A stretch of DNA of 19,338 nt from Armatimonadota bacterium (lineage in GTDB: Bacteria > Armatimonadota > UBA10988), in assembly GCA_016235455.1 (NCBI GenBank), contig JACRKZ010000034.1, positions 1 through 19,338 of the forward strand. The letters run 5' to 3'. Of the stretch, positions 8,076 through 15,589 are shown in pieces (position 1 is the first letter of the stretch; every line of letters starts with the position of its first letter). The position numbers and the translations under genes were made by a program. The notes below the pieces were generated by a model. The model was not told where the DNA came from. It did no database searches and saw only the letters and a program-made list of their open reading frames with translations.

Positions 8076-9107
8076 ATGCCGACCTTGCGACGCGTGCTCT
8101 GTCTAGCCGTGCTGGTGACCGCCGCCATCATCTCTGGTTGCGCCAAGACCTCGCCGCCGCCAACCGCCGTGGTCACGCCGCAGAACGATCCCAAGGCCGC
8201 CAAGCCCGCGGCCAAACTGCGCTTCGCCGGCATCGTCTTCCAGGAGGACCAGTTCTTCCGCCTCGTGCTGTTTGGCATGCGCGACGCCGCCAAGAAGGCC
8301 GGTGTGGAGCTGCTGGAGGCCAACAGCAACAACAACCCAGGCAAAGAGATTGAGCTGATCAACACGTACGTCAGCCAGAAGGTGGATGCGATCCTCATCT
8401 CGCCGTTGAGCCCCAAGGGCAGCATGGCCGCGCTCAAGCTGGCCCGCGACAAGGGCATCACCGTCATTGCCCACAACACGCCCATTGAGGGTGACACGCA
8501 CCAGGCCTACATCGAGTGCAGCGCCGAAGACCTCGGCGCGCAGACCGGCAAGGCCGCGGTGCAGTACATCACCAGCAAGCTCGGTGGCCGCGCCAACATC
8601 GCCGTGGTCGCCTTCGACTCGCAGGTGCCCGAGCAGAGCAAGGCGCGCACCAAGGGCTTTGTGGACCAGGTGAGCACGTTGCCGGGCGTCAAGGTCGTCG
8701 CGCACCAGGACGCCTGGCTGCCCGAGATGGCGGTCAAGAAGGTCACCGACATGCTCACCGCCAACCCCGACATCAATCTGGTCTGGTCGGCCAACGAAGG
8801 CGGCACCATCGGCTCGGTCATGGCTGTCAAGAACGCCGGCAAGGCCGGCAAGGTGGCGGTCTTCGGCACTGACTCCAGCCAGCAGTTGCTCGACTTCCTG
8901 CAGGCGCCCGACGAAGTCCTGCAGGCGGTGACCAGCCAGAAGCCGGTCGATGTCGGTCGCATGGCGGTCGAGTTCGCCCTCAAGGTCAAAAACGGCGAGA
9001 AGGTGGAGAAGACGACCTCCATGCAGGGCGTCCTGCTCAGCCGCGCCGACAAGGCTGGCGTCAAGGCCTTCGCCGAGCAGTTCAAACTGTGGACCCAGGG
9101 CGGCTGA
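8076..9107 (+). CDS. Sugar ABC transporter substrate-binding lipoprotein (RbsB-like)
   Basis: Lipobox ISG-C after a hydrophobic stretch. Type I periplasmic-binding motifs DQFF, VDAILISP, R..GF, ANEGG and VFGTD. ATG8076 has better SD spacing than ATG8070. Confidence 0.88.
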   Translation: MPTLRRVLCLAVLVTAAIISGCAKTSPPPTAVVTPQNDPKAAKPAAKLRFAGIVFQEDQFFRLVLFGMRDAAKKAGVELLEANSNNNPGKEIELINTYVSQKVDAILISPLSPKGSMAALKLARDKGITVIAHNTPIEGDTHQAYIECSAEDLGAQTGKAAVQYITSKLGGRANIAVVAFDSQVPEQSKARTKGFVDQVSTLPGVKVVAHQDAWLPEMAVKKVTDMLTANPDINLVWSANEGGTIGSVMAVKNAGKAGKVAVFGTDSSQQLLDFLQAPDEVLQAVTSQKPVDVGRMAVEFALKVKNGEKVEKTTSMQGVLLSRADKAGVKAFAEQFKLWTQGG

Positions 9108-9109
9108 CC

Positions 9110-10099
9110 ATGGCGGCCTCGCCGGTCCGGCGTCGTCGTGCCTGGCGCCCGTCGCTGATCGAGGTCGTGCTCGCGGTGCTGTGCATCGCCCTGGCGCTCG
9201 GGGCGCCAGGCTTCGGCCGCGCGGACAACCTGCTCAACGTGCTGCGCAGCGTGTCCATGCAGGGCATCATCGCGCTGGGCATGACCATGGCCATCATTGC
9301 CGGCGAGATCGACCTCAGCGTCGGCTCGGCCGTGGCCTTCGCCGGCTGCCTGTGCGCCAAGCTCACGGCCTGGCTCAGTGGCTCGGCCGGTCTGGCCATG
9401 CCACTCGCCGTGACGCTGGCCTGCCTGGCCAGCCTTGGCGTGGGCACCGGTGTGGGTGCGGCCAGCGGCTGGCTGCGCAACCGCTACGGCGTGCCCACGT
9501 TCATCATCACCCTGGCCTGGATGACGGTGCTCAAAGGCGCCGCCGAGTTGATCACCAACGGCTTCCCGCTGACCCCGTTCCCGGAGTGGTTCAACTTCCT
9601 GGGCGGCGGGCGCATCGGTGGCGTGCCGGTCCCAGCCCTGGTGTTCGTCGGCGTGTTCGCCCTGGTCTGGACGCTCATGCACCGCACCACGCTGGGCCGC
9701 GCCATCTATGCCGTCGGCGGCAACGTGGACGCGGCGCGGCTCAGCGGGCTGAACGTGGGGCGCGTGAAGATCGCCGCGCTGGCGGCGGTCGGCCTGCTGG
9801 CGGCGCTCGGCGGCGTCCTGCAGGCCTCGCAGATCATGTCCGGCTCGGCCACCACCGCCGTGGGCTGGGAGCTCGATGTCATCTCGGCGGTGATCATCGG
9901 CGGCACCAGCCTGATGGGCGGCAGCGGCACCGTGCGCGGCACGCTGGTCGGCGTCATCTTCCTGGGCGTGCTGGTCAACGGCATGACGCTGCTAAACTAC
10001 ACCGAGTACTGGCAGCACGTCGTACGTGGCGGGTTGATCCTCGCCGCGGTACTGGTCAACACCGCGCCAGCCGGTCGCACTCGGCGTCGCACGGCCTAA
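9110..10099 (+). CDS. Sugar ABC transporter permease (RbsC-like)
   Basis: GEIDLSVGS, VPTFIITL, GRAIYAVGGN..AARLSG and ELDVISAVIIGGTSLMGGSG. Multiple TM segments. Starts 2 nt after the SBP stop. Confidence 0.92.
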   Translation: MAASPVRRRRAWRPSLIEVVLAVLCIALALGAPGFGRADNLLNVLRSVSMQGIIALGMTMAIIAGEIDLSVGSAVAFAGCLCAKLTAWLSGSAGLAMPLAVTLACLASLGVGTGVGAASGWLRNRYGVPTFIITLAWMTVLKGAAELITNGFPLTPFPEWFNFLGGGRIGGVPVPALVFVGVFALVWTLMHRTTLGRAIYAVGGNVDAARLSGLNVGRVKIAALAAVGLLAALGGVLQASQIMSGSATTAVGWELDVISAVIIGGTSLMGGSGTVRGTLVGVIFLGVLVNGMTLLNYTEYWQHVVRGGLILAAVLVNTAPAGRTRRRTA

Positions 10100-10137
10100 G
10101 GCCCGCCGCGCAGACGAGCAGTGTGCGGGAAGCCACT

Positions 10138-10545
10138 CTACCCCTCGCGGAACAGCTCGATCACTTCGCCGTTGGGCCCCTGGAAGAAGGCGATGCGCGC
10201 CGGCATGTCGCCCAGCACCACGTCCTTCGGGTCGATCACGCTGGGGTAGCCGGCGTCGATGGCCTTCTGCCATACCCGGTCCGGGTCGCTGGTGGACAGC
10301 GTGAGGTGCATCCACGGGTGCATCTGGCCTGGCTCGGGTGCCGGCGTGCCCTCCAGGAAGCCGATGACCTCGATGCACGCACCGCAACCCAGGTCCAGCA
10401 GTGCCAGCTGGCGCCCGTCTGGCGCTTGCCATTCGAGCTTGATCGTGCAGCCCAGGAACTCGCGGTAGAAGGCGACCGTGCCATCGTAGTCGAGAGTGCG
10501 CAGGGCGATATGGTGGATGCCGACATCGGGAACAACCGGGTTCAT
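10138..10545 (-). CDS. VOC/glyoxalase family protein (135 aa)
   Basis: IHHIAL...FYREFLG...IEV...HLTL...FFQGPNGEVIEL with H/E/H/E metal ligands. GGAGGT SD before ATG10545. Confidence 0.88.
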   Translation of the reverse strand: MNPVVPDVGIHHIALRTLDYDGTVAFYREFLGCTIKLEWQAPDGRQLALLDLGCGACIEVIGFLEGTPAPEPGQMHPWMHLTLSTSDPDRVWQKAIDAGYPSVIDPKDVVLGDMPARIAFFQGPNGEVIELFREG

Positions 10546-10564
10546 CGAGGGTACCTCCAGGCTC

Positions 10565-10575
10565 GGTAGCCTACC
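10565..10575. promoter_or_regulatory. Symmetric element giving overlapping -10 boxes on both strands
   Basis: GGTAG-C-CTACC gives TAGCCT on + (10567-10572) and TAGGCT on - (10568-10573), between the divergent VOC and SDR genes. Confidence 0.4.
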
Positions 10576-10651
10576 CTCGCCGCTCGCGCCTGTAAAGCAG
10601 GAAGGAGCCTGACCGTCGGTGGCGCAACTGCCTGCCATACAGGAGTCTGCG

Positions 10652-11407
10652 ATGCTATTGGACGGCAAGGTGGCCATCGTGACCGGTGGCGCTCGAGGGA
10701 TTGGTGCGAGCATCAGCCGCACCCTGGCGCGGCATGGCGCCAAGGTGGCCGTGGTCTACTCGGCCAGCGCGGCCAAGAGTGAGGTGGTGGTCGGCGAGAT
10801 CGCCGCCGCCGGTGGCGAGGCCGCGGCCTTCTGCGCCGACGTGCGCGACGAGTCGGCGGTCAACGCCATGGTGCAGGCCGTGGTAGCCCGATTCGGCCGC
10901 ATCGATGGCCTGGTCAACAACGCCATCGCCGGTCGCCAGTGCGCGACCTTCGATGACGCCACCTGGGCCGACTACCAGGACATGCTCGACTTCGGCTGCC
11001 GGGCCGTGGTCAACACCATTCGCGCGGTGCGCCCGGTGATGAAGGCCGGCGGCGGCGGACGCGTGGTCAACTGCGTCACGGAGCTGTGGAACATGGCGCC
11101 GAAGGGCTGGTCGACGTACCTGTCGGGCAAGGGCGCCATGGTCGGGCTGTCGCGTTCGCTGGCCGACGAACTTGGCCCCGACGGCATTACCGTCAACATG
11201 GTGGCGCCCGGCTGGATGCAGGACGAGAAGGTCGACCCGACCTCCGAGGGCTCGATCAACTTCGGCAAGGGCCTGCCGCTACGGCGCCACGGCAGCGCCG
11301 ACGAGATTGGCAACGGCTGTGTGTTCTTCATGAGCGAGCTGGCCAGCTACGTGACCGGCGCGTACCTGCCGGTCACGGGTGGGCGCATCACACAGATGGG
11401 TGCCTGA
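10652..11407 (+). CDS. Short-chain dehydrogenase/reductase (FabG-like, 251 aa)
   Basis: TGGARGIG Rossmann motif, LVNNA, YLSGK (YxxxK), TVNMVAPG and SYVTG..LPV.GG. AGGAG SD at 10641. Confidence 0.92.
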   Translation: MLLDGKVAIVTGGARGIGASISRTLARHGAKVAVVYSASAAKSEVVVGEIAAAGGEAAAFCADVRDESAVNAMVQAVVARFGRIDGLVNNAIAGRQCATFDDATWADYQDMLDFGCRAVVNTIRAVRPVMKAGGGGRVVNCVTELWNMAPKGWSTYLSGKGAMVGLSRSLADELGPDGITVNMVAPGWMQDEKVDPTSEGSINFGKGLPLRRHGSADEIGNGCVFFMSELASYVTGAYLPVTGGRITQMGA

Positions 11408-11991
11408 TGGACCGCCTGGCGGCACAACTGTCCTTCATCACCGAGATCGACCGGCTCAAGGGCGTCCTGCGCCAGAACCGCGTGCTGCGCGGCGAACGGC
11501 GCGAGAACTCCGCCGAGCACGGCTGGCAACTGGCGGTCATGGCCATCGTGCTGGCCGAGCACGCCAACGAGCCGATCGACGTGGCGAGAGTGGTCCGGAT
11601 GACGCTGCTGCACGACCTGGTGGAGATCGACGCGGGCGACACTTTTGTCTACGACACGGTCGCCCGCGAGGCGCAGGCCGCGGTGGAGGCCGCCGCGGCC
11701 GAGCGCATCTTCGGTCTGTTGCCGGCCGACCAGGCGGCCGAGTTCCGCGCCCTGTGGGACGAGTTCGAATCGTTCGCCACTCCCGAGTCGCGCTTCGCCA
11801 AGGCGCTCGACCGGCTGGCGCCGGTCATGCTCAACTGTGCCAGCGAGGGTGTGGCCTGGCGCAGCCACGGTGTCGGCGCCGACCGCGTGCTGGGCCTCAA
11901 TGCCCGCATCGCCGAAGGCTCCCAGGCACTGTGGGATGCGGCGCGGGCGATGATCGAAGAGGCGGTGCGCCAAGGCCACCTGAGCTCGTAG
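11407..11991 (+). CDS. HD-domain hydrolase (HDDC2/YfbR-like nucleotidase family, 194 aa)
   Basis: EIDRLK..LRQ, RENSAEH, LLHDLVEIDAGD and LWDEFE...TPESRFAKALDR. TGATG overlap with the SDR stop. The ORF-track start at 11086 is too far upstream. Confidence 0.9.
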   Translation: MDRLAAQLSFITEIDRLKGVLRQNRVLRGERRENSAEHGWQLAVMAIVLAEHANEPIDVARVVRMTLLHDLVEIDAGDTFVYDTVAREAQAAVEAAAAERIFGLLPADQAAEFRALWDEFESFATPESRFAKALDRLAPVMLNCASEGVAWRSHGVGADRVLGLNARIAEGSQALWDAARAMIEEAVRQGHLSS

Positions 11992-12020
11992 GGGCGACCC
12001 GTCGTGGTCGCCCCTACGAG
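11985..12020. repeat. GTAG-type REP-like perfect palindrome
   Basis: CTCGTAGGGGCGACC-cgtcgt-GGTCGCCCCTACGAG: 15-bp perfect arms with GTAG on each strand and no U-tract. Confidence 0.7.
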
Positions 12021-12682
12021 GCGAGCTCTTCGCGCCGCACGCGCGTCGCGAGCGTCAGGCACGCGCGCAGCCGCCGGTTCTCGGTGAGCGCCCAGTCCAC
12101 CTCAAACAGCACGCGGCGCACCGAGCCCGGCGACAGCAGGTGCTCTGGCGGCCACAGCGGTGTCCGTGCGGCCGTCTGCTCGAGTTGCGCCCGCCACAGG
12201 CCCAGGGCGGCGCCTTCGCGCAGCGTCAGGCGGGCGTGGACGGCAGGCAGTTGGTCGGCATCGTGGCGGCACCAGGCCAGGGCGATGGCATCGACCACAG
12301 CCGCGCGGGTGGCATCGTCGAGGGCAGAGCGTTGCGGCGCAGCCAGGTAGTCGGCCTCGGCGCGGGCCAGCGCGGCGGCGACATCAGGTCGTGGCCAGCG
12401 CGCGAACTCCATGGCGGCGGCTCGGCCGACGGCGCGCAGGAGTGGGTTGGTCAGCGCGGCGGTGGCGCCGGAGGCACGCGCGGGGTCGAACTCGCCCCAC
12501 AGGCGGGCCAACGCGGCAATGGACGGCCACAGGCCGTGGAACTGGCGGAGATGAACGGGGGTGAGGAGAACTGAGGTAGGCAGGGCCTCGACAGAAGCGA
12601 GGCCCCGTTCCAACCACACGGTAGCATCGGACCGCGCCACCACCTTGGGTCTCCCCTTTGGGCGGCTGCGGACCGAGTCCAC
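12014..12682 (-). CDS. Hypothetical protein, possibly a highly divergent TetR-like regulator
   Basis: Fills the gap between rpmB and the HD gene, and codons mostly end in G/C. N-terminus KGRPK...WLERGL...LT...SIAALARLWG loosely echoes a TetR HTH. GTG start is uncertain. Confidence 0.55.
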   Translation of the reverse strand: MDSVRSRPKGRPKVVARSDATVWLERGLASVEALPTSVLLTPVHLRQFHGLWPSIAALARLWGEFDPARASGATAALTNPLLRAVGRAAAMEFARWPRPDVAAALARAEADYLAAPQRSALDDATRAAVVDAIALAWCRHDADQLPAVHARLTLREGAALGLWRAQLEQTAARTPLWPPEHLLSPGSVRRVLFEVDWALTENRRLRACLTLATRVRREELAS

Positions 12683-12694
12683 GCCGATCCCGTT

Positions 12695-12716
12695 GGCCGA
12701 TACGCGTGTATCGGCC
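12695..12716. other. Hairpin downstream of rpmB
   Basis: GGCCGATAC-gcgt-GTATCGGCC with 9-bp perfect arms, ~32 nt past the rpmB stop. No U-tract on the minus strand. Confidence 0.5.
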
Positions 12717-12748
12717 TGTGGACGGGCTCAAGCCGGCAAGGCATGCGG

Positions 12749-12940
12749 TCAGGCGGGGCGCTTGACCTTGTTGGCCTTGATGCAGGAGGTGCAGACCTTG
12801 GCGCGACGGGTGATACCGTCCACGACAATGCGGATGCTCTGCAAGTTGGGCATGAACCGTCGCTTGGTCTTGAGATCGGAGTGGCTGACGTGGTTCCCGT
12901 AGCCGGGACCCTTACCACAAATACTACATCGCTGCGCCAT
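12749..12940 (-). CDS. rpmB: 50S ribosomal protein L28 (bL28), zinc-ribbon form
   Basis: MAQRCSICGK...GNHVSHS..KTKRRFMPNLQ...VCTSCIK with both CxxC pairs. GAGGAG SD. Confidence 0.97.
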   Translation of the reverse strand: MAQRCSICGKGPGYGNHVSHSDLKTKRRFMPNLQSIRIVVDGITRRAKVCTSCIKANKVKRPA

Positions 12941-12967
12941 CGCCAGCTCCTCTCTAAGCGAGGCACC

Positions 12968-12996
12968 ATGCTACCATGGGCTCACCAAACTGGCAA
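12968..12996 (-). promoter_or_regulatory. Sigma70-type promoter for rpmB
   Basis: Minus strand reads TTGCCA-17 bp-TAGCAT with a TG extension (TGG TAGCAT). Confidence 0.7.
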
Positions 12997-13020
12997 GCCG
13001 ACCCGCGGCCGACAATGCAC

Positions 13021-13026
13021 TATCCT
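13021..13026 (+). promoter_or_regulatory. -10 box positioned for a leaderless transcript
   Basis: TATCCT is followed by 7 nt and then ATG13034. No SD. Confidence 0.45.
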
Positions 13027-13033
13027 AGTAGCC

Positions 13034-13723
13034 ATGAGCACGCAATCGCCCAGCCGACCCCATGTCCGCCTGGTCATGGCCATGACCGCCGACGGCAAGA
13101 TCGCTTCCGTGGCCCGCACCGCGCCGCACTTTGGCGAGGCGGATGCCGAACGCTTCGAGCGCGTCTGCGCCGAGTCGGACGCACTGGTCACCGGCGCCGG
13201 CTCGCTCCGCGCCCAGGGCGCCACACGGACCATCGTCCGGCCCCACCTCGTGGCGCTGCGTGCCGCGCGGGGTCTGCCGCCGAACCCGCTGACTTGCGTG
13301 GTCAGCCGCACCGGCCTGCTGCCGCTGACACTGCCGTTCTTCCGCCGCCAGGATGTGCCGCGGCTCATTGCCACCACCGACGCGCGCGCCGCCGATCTGG
13401 CCGGCTACTACGGCGACGACGCCCACGTGCTGGGCTGCGGCCCCGATGACGTGTCGCCCGCGCGCGTGCTGGCCCATCTGGCCGCGCGTGGCGTGCACCG
13501 GGTGGCCCTGCTGGGGGGCGGTGAGCTCAATGCGGCGTGGTTTGCCGCCGACCTGGTGGACGAGATCGAACTGACGCTCGCGCCATTGCTGTTCGGCGGT
13601 CACTCGGCCCCGACGCCGATCGACGGATCGGGCCTGGCGGAGCCGCGCCAACTCGACCTCGCGGCGCACGAAGTGGTGGACGGCTGCCTGTTCGTCACGT
13701 ATCGTGTGCGGCGGGAGCCGTAG
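13034..13723 (+). CDS. RibD C-terminal (pyrimidine reductase/DHFR-like) domain protein (229 aa)
   Basis: AMTADGKI, DALVTGAGSLR, VVSRTG.L and LGGGELN...LVDEIELTLAPLLFGG. Lacks the deaminase domain. The ORF-track start at 12743 runs antisense over rpmB and is rejected. Confidence 0.87.
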   Translation: MSTQSPSRPHVRLVMAMTADGKIASVARTAPHFGEADAERFERVCAESDALVTGAGSLRAQGATRTIVRPHLVALRAARGLPPNPLTCVVSRTGLLPLTLPFFRRQDVPRLIATTDARAADLAGYYGDDAHVLGCGPDDVSPARVLAHLAARGVHRVALLGGGELNAAWFAADLVDEIELTLAPLLFGGHSAPTPIDGSGLAEPRQLDLAAHEVVDGCLFVTYRVRREP

Positions 13724-14692
13724 ATGGAGCGATTTCCGGCCGCCAGGCCCGACTCTGGCGACGCCGCCTGCAAGCTGACCATCATCATTCCGGTCTACAA
13801 CGAGGCCGCCACGTTCAGCACTCTGCTGGACGAGGTGCGCGCGCTGGACGTGGCCAAGGAGATCATCGTCGTCGACAACGTGTCGACCGATGGTACCCGC
13901 GAGTTGGTGGCCGCGCTGGACGGCGAGCCGGGCATCGTCAGCGTGCTCCAGAGCGCCAACCACGGCAAGGGCAGTTCGGTGCGCGTCGGCCTGGCGCTGG
14001 CCCGCGGCGAGTGGGTCGTGGTGCAGGATGCCGACCTGGAATACACACCCGAGGACATCCTCCGCCTGTTGGCCGAGGCCGAGGCCCGCGGGCTCGATGC
14101 CGTGTTCGGCTCACGCCTGCTGGACGCCCGGCCCGACGTGCCGTGGCACCATGCCCTGGGCCGCGATGCGCTTAACCTGCTCTTCCGCCTGCTCTATGGC
14201 GCGCGCATGACCGACGTGGCCACTTGCTACAAGCTGATGCGCCGCGGCGTGGCGCAGGATCTCGTGCTGGACTCGTTGGGCTTCGACCTGGACTACGAGA
14301 TCCCCTGCCGGCTGCGGCGCGGCGGGGTGACCATCGCGGAAGTTCCCGTGCAGTATGACCCGCGCACGCTCGAGACCGGCAAGAAGCTGCGCTGGACGGA
14401 CGGGCTGGTGGCGCTGCGCGCCATTCTGCGCTACCGGCGGCGCATGCGCGATCTAGACACGCCGCCGGCCGTAGGCGACCTGCTGACGCTCACCGCGCCG
14501 CCGTTCGGGCCGCGCGAGGCAACGGTGGTGCGCGTTGAGCGCACCCACGTGGTGGCCGAATTCGAGCTGGCGGGCCGCACGGCGCGCGTGGCGATCAGGC
14601 CTGGCCCGGGCCCTGCCAGCCGTGTAGCCGTCGCACCTCGTTCAGCTGCGCGGGAGGCAACGGACCCGCCAGCGCAGCCTGCGCCGAGCTGA
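13724..14692 (+). CDS. GT2 glycosyltransferase (DPM/DPG-synthase-like) with a C-terminal KOW-like extension
   Basis: IIIPVYNE, IIVVDNVSTDGT, NHGKG, QDADLEY, VFGSR, TDVATCYKL and GKKLRWTDG, then ~80 extra residues. ATG directly abuts the RibD-C stop. Confidence 0.88.
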   Translation: MERFPAARPDSGDAACKLTIIIPVYNEAATFSTLLDEVRALDVAKEIIVVDNVSTDGTRELVAALDGEPGIVSVLQSANHGKGSSVRVGLALARGEWVVVQDADLEYTPEDILRLLAEAEARGLDAVFGSRLLDARPDVPWHHALGRDALNLLFRLLYGARMTDVATCYKLMRRGVAQDLVLDSLGFDLDYEIPCRLRRGGVTIAEVPVQYDPRTLETGKKLRWTDGLVALRAILRYRRRMRDLDTPPAVGDLLTLTAPPFGPREATVVRVERTHVVAEFELAGRTARVAIRPGPGPASRVAVAPRSAAREATDPPAQPAPS

Positions 14693-15539
14693 TCAGGCTG
14701 CCCATGCGCGATGAGCCGATGTTGATGTTGTGCACGCGCGGGTCGGAGTAGAGAAAGCGCACCGACAGGTCGGCCATCTGGCCCACCGGTCGACCGAAGA
14801 TGCGCTCGAGCTCGGGCCTCATGCGCCGCACCGGCTCGGGCTGGTGGTCCCAGTGGGTCAGCAGGCCGTCGCCGGCGAACATGCCCATGCGCGCCGGGCT
14901 GCCCGCCACGAACCCGGCGTCGTGCCGTTCGCAGGCCGGCAACAGGTCGTGTGTGGCGGCCGAAGTGGCCAGGTCATACTCGAAGTAGCTCAACGTGGCA
15001 TCGAACTCGCCGGTGTCGACAAGCTGGGCCAGCAGGTCGGTCGGTCGGCCGGTGACACCGATGCCCTCGCACAGACCCTCCGTCTGGCACCGCCGCAGGC
15101 CTTCCAGAGCTCCGCCGGGCTGCATGATGCGCTCAAAGCCGTAGCATTCCACCTCGTGGATCTGCATCAGGTCAACCCGCTCGATGCCGAGCCGCTTCAG
15201 GCTGTTCAGGCAGCTCTGGTAGACGCCGTCGGCCGTGGGCAGGCCTTCGGGGATGACCTGGGACTTGGTGGCGATGCGTGGCCACTGCTCGCGCGGGATC
15301 TGCCGCAGCGCGGCACCGATGTAGACCTCGCTCTCGCCGTAACGGATCGAGGTGTCGATGTAGTCGACCCCGAAAGCCACGGCGTCCACGACCAGTTGCG
15401 CCGCCTTGTCGCCGTCGACCGGCTCGCCGGCGCGGCCCTTGAGCCACGCGCCGCCGAGGCCGATGGGGCGGATCATCCAGCCGAGCCGACCGAAGCGGCG
15501 CGGCGGCAGTTGGGAGAGGTGTACGGTAACCGGGTCCAT
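14595..15539 (-). CDS. Aldo/keto reductase
   Basis: RRFGRLG...IGLGG, DTSIRYG, ATK, SLKRLG...DLMQIH and GIGVTG. GAGG SD. Confidence 0.88.
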   Translation of the reverse strand: MDPVTVHLSQLPPRRFGRLGWMIRPIGLGGAWLKGRAGEPVDGDKAAQLVVDAVAFGVDYIDTSIRYGESEVYIGAALRQIPREQWPRIATKSQVIPEGLPTADGVYQSCLNSLKRLGIERVDLMQIHEVECYGFERIMQPGGALEGLRRCQTEGLCEGIGVTGRPTDLLAQLVDTGEFDATLSYFEYDLATSAATHDLLPACERHDAGFVAGSPARMGMFAGDGLLTHWDHQPEPVRRMRPELERIFGRPVGQMADLSVRFLYSDPRVHNINIGSSRMGSLISSAQAALAGPLPPAQLNEVRRLHGWQGPGQA

Positions 15540-15560
15540 GGCACGTCCTCGAAGTCGGCC

Positions 15561-15589
15561 ATCATGCCACAGCCGGGCGCTACGGTGAA
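15561..15589 (-). promoter_or_regulatory. Possible promoter for the second aldo/keto reductase
   Basis: Minus strand reads TTCACC-17 bp-CATGAT with a TG extension (TGG CATGAT). Confidence 0.35.

Noticed and set aside
10590-10636. Cobalamin-riboswitch-like words (CTGTAA, GGAAGG, AGCC, CCTGCC) before the SDR
   Set aside because: The region is too short, spacing is wrong and the 5' core is missing. Likely coincidence.
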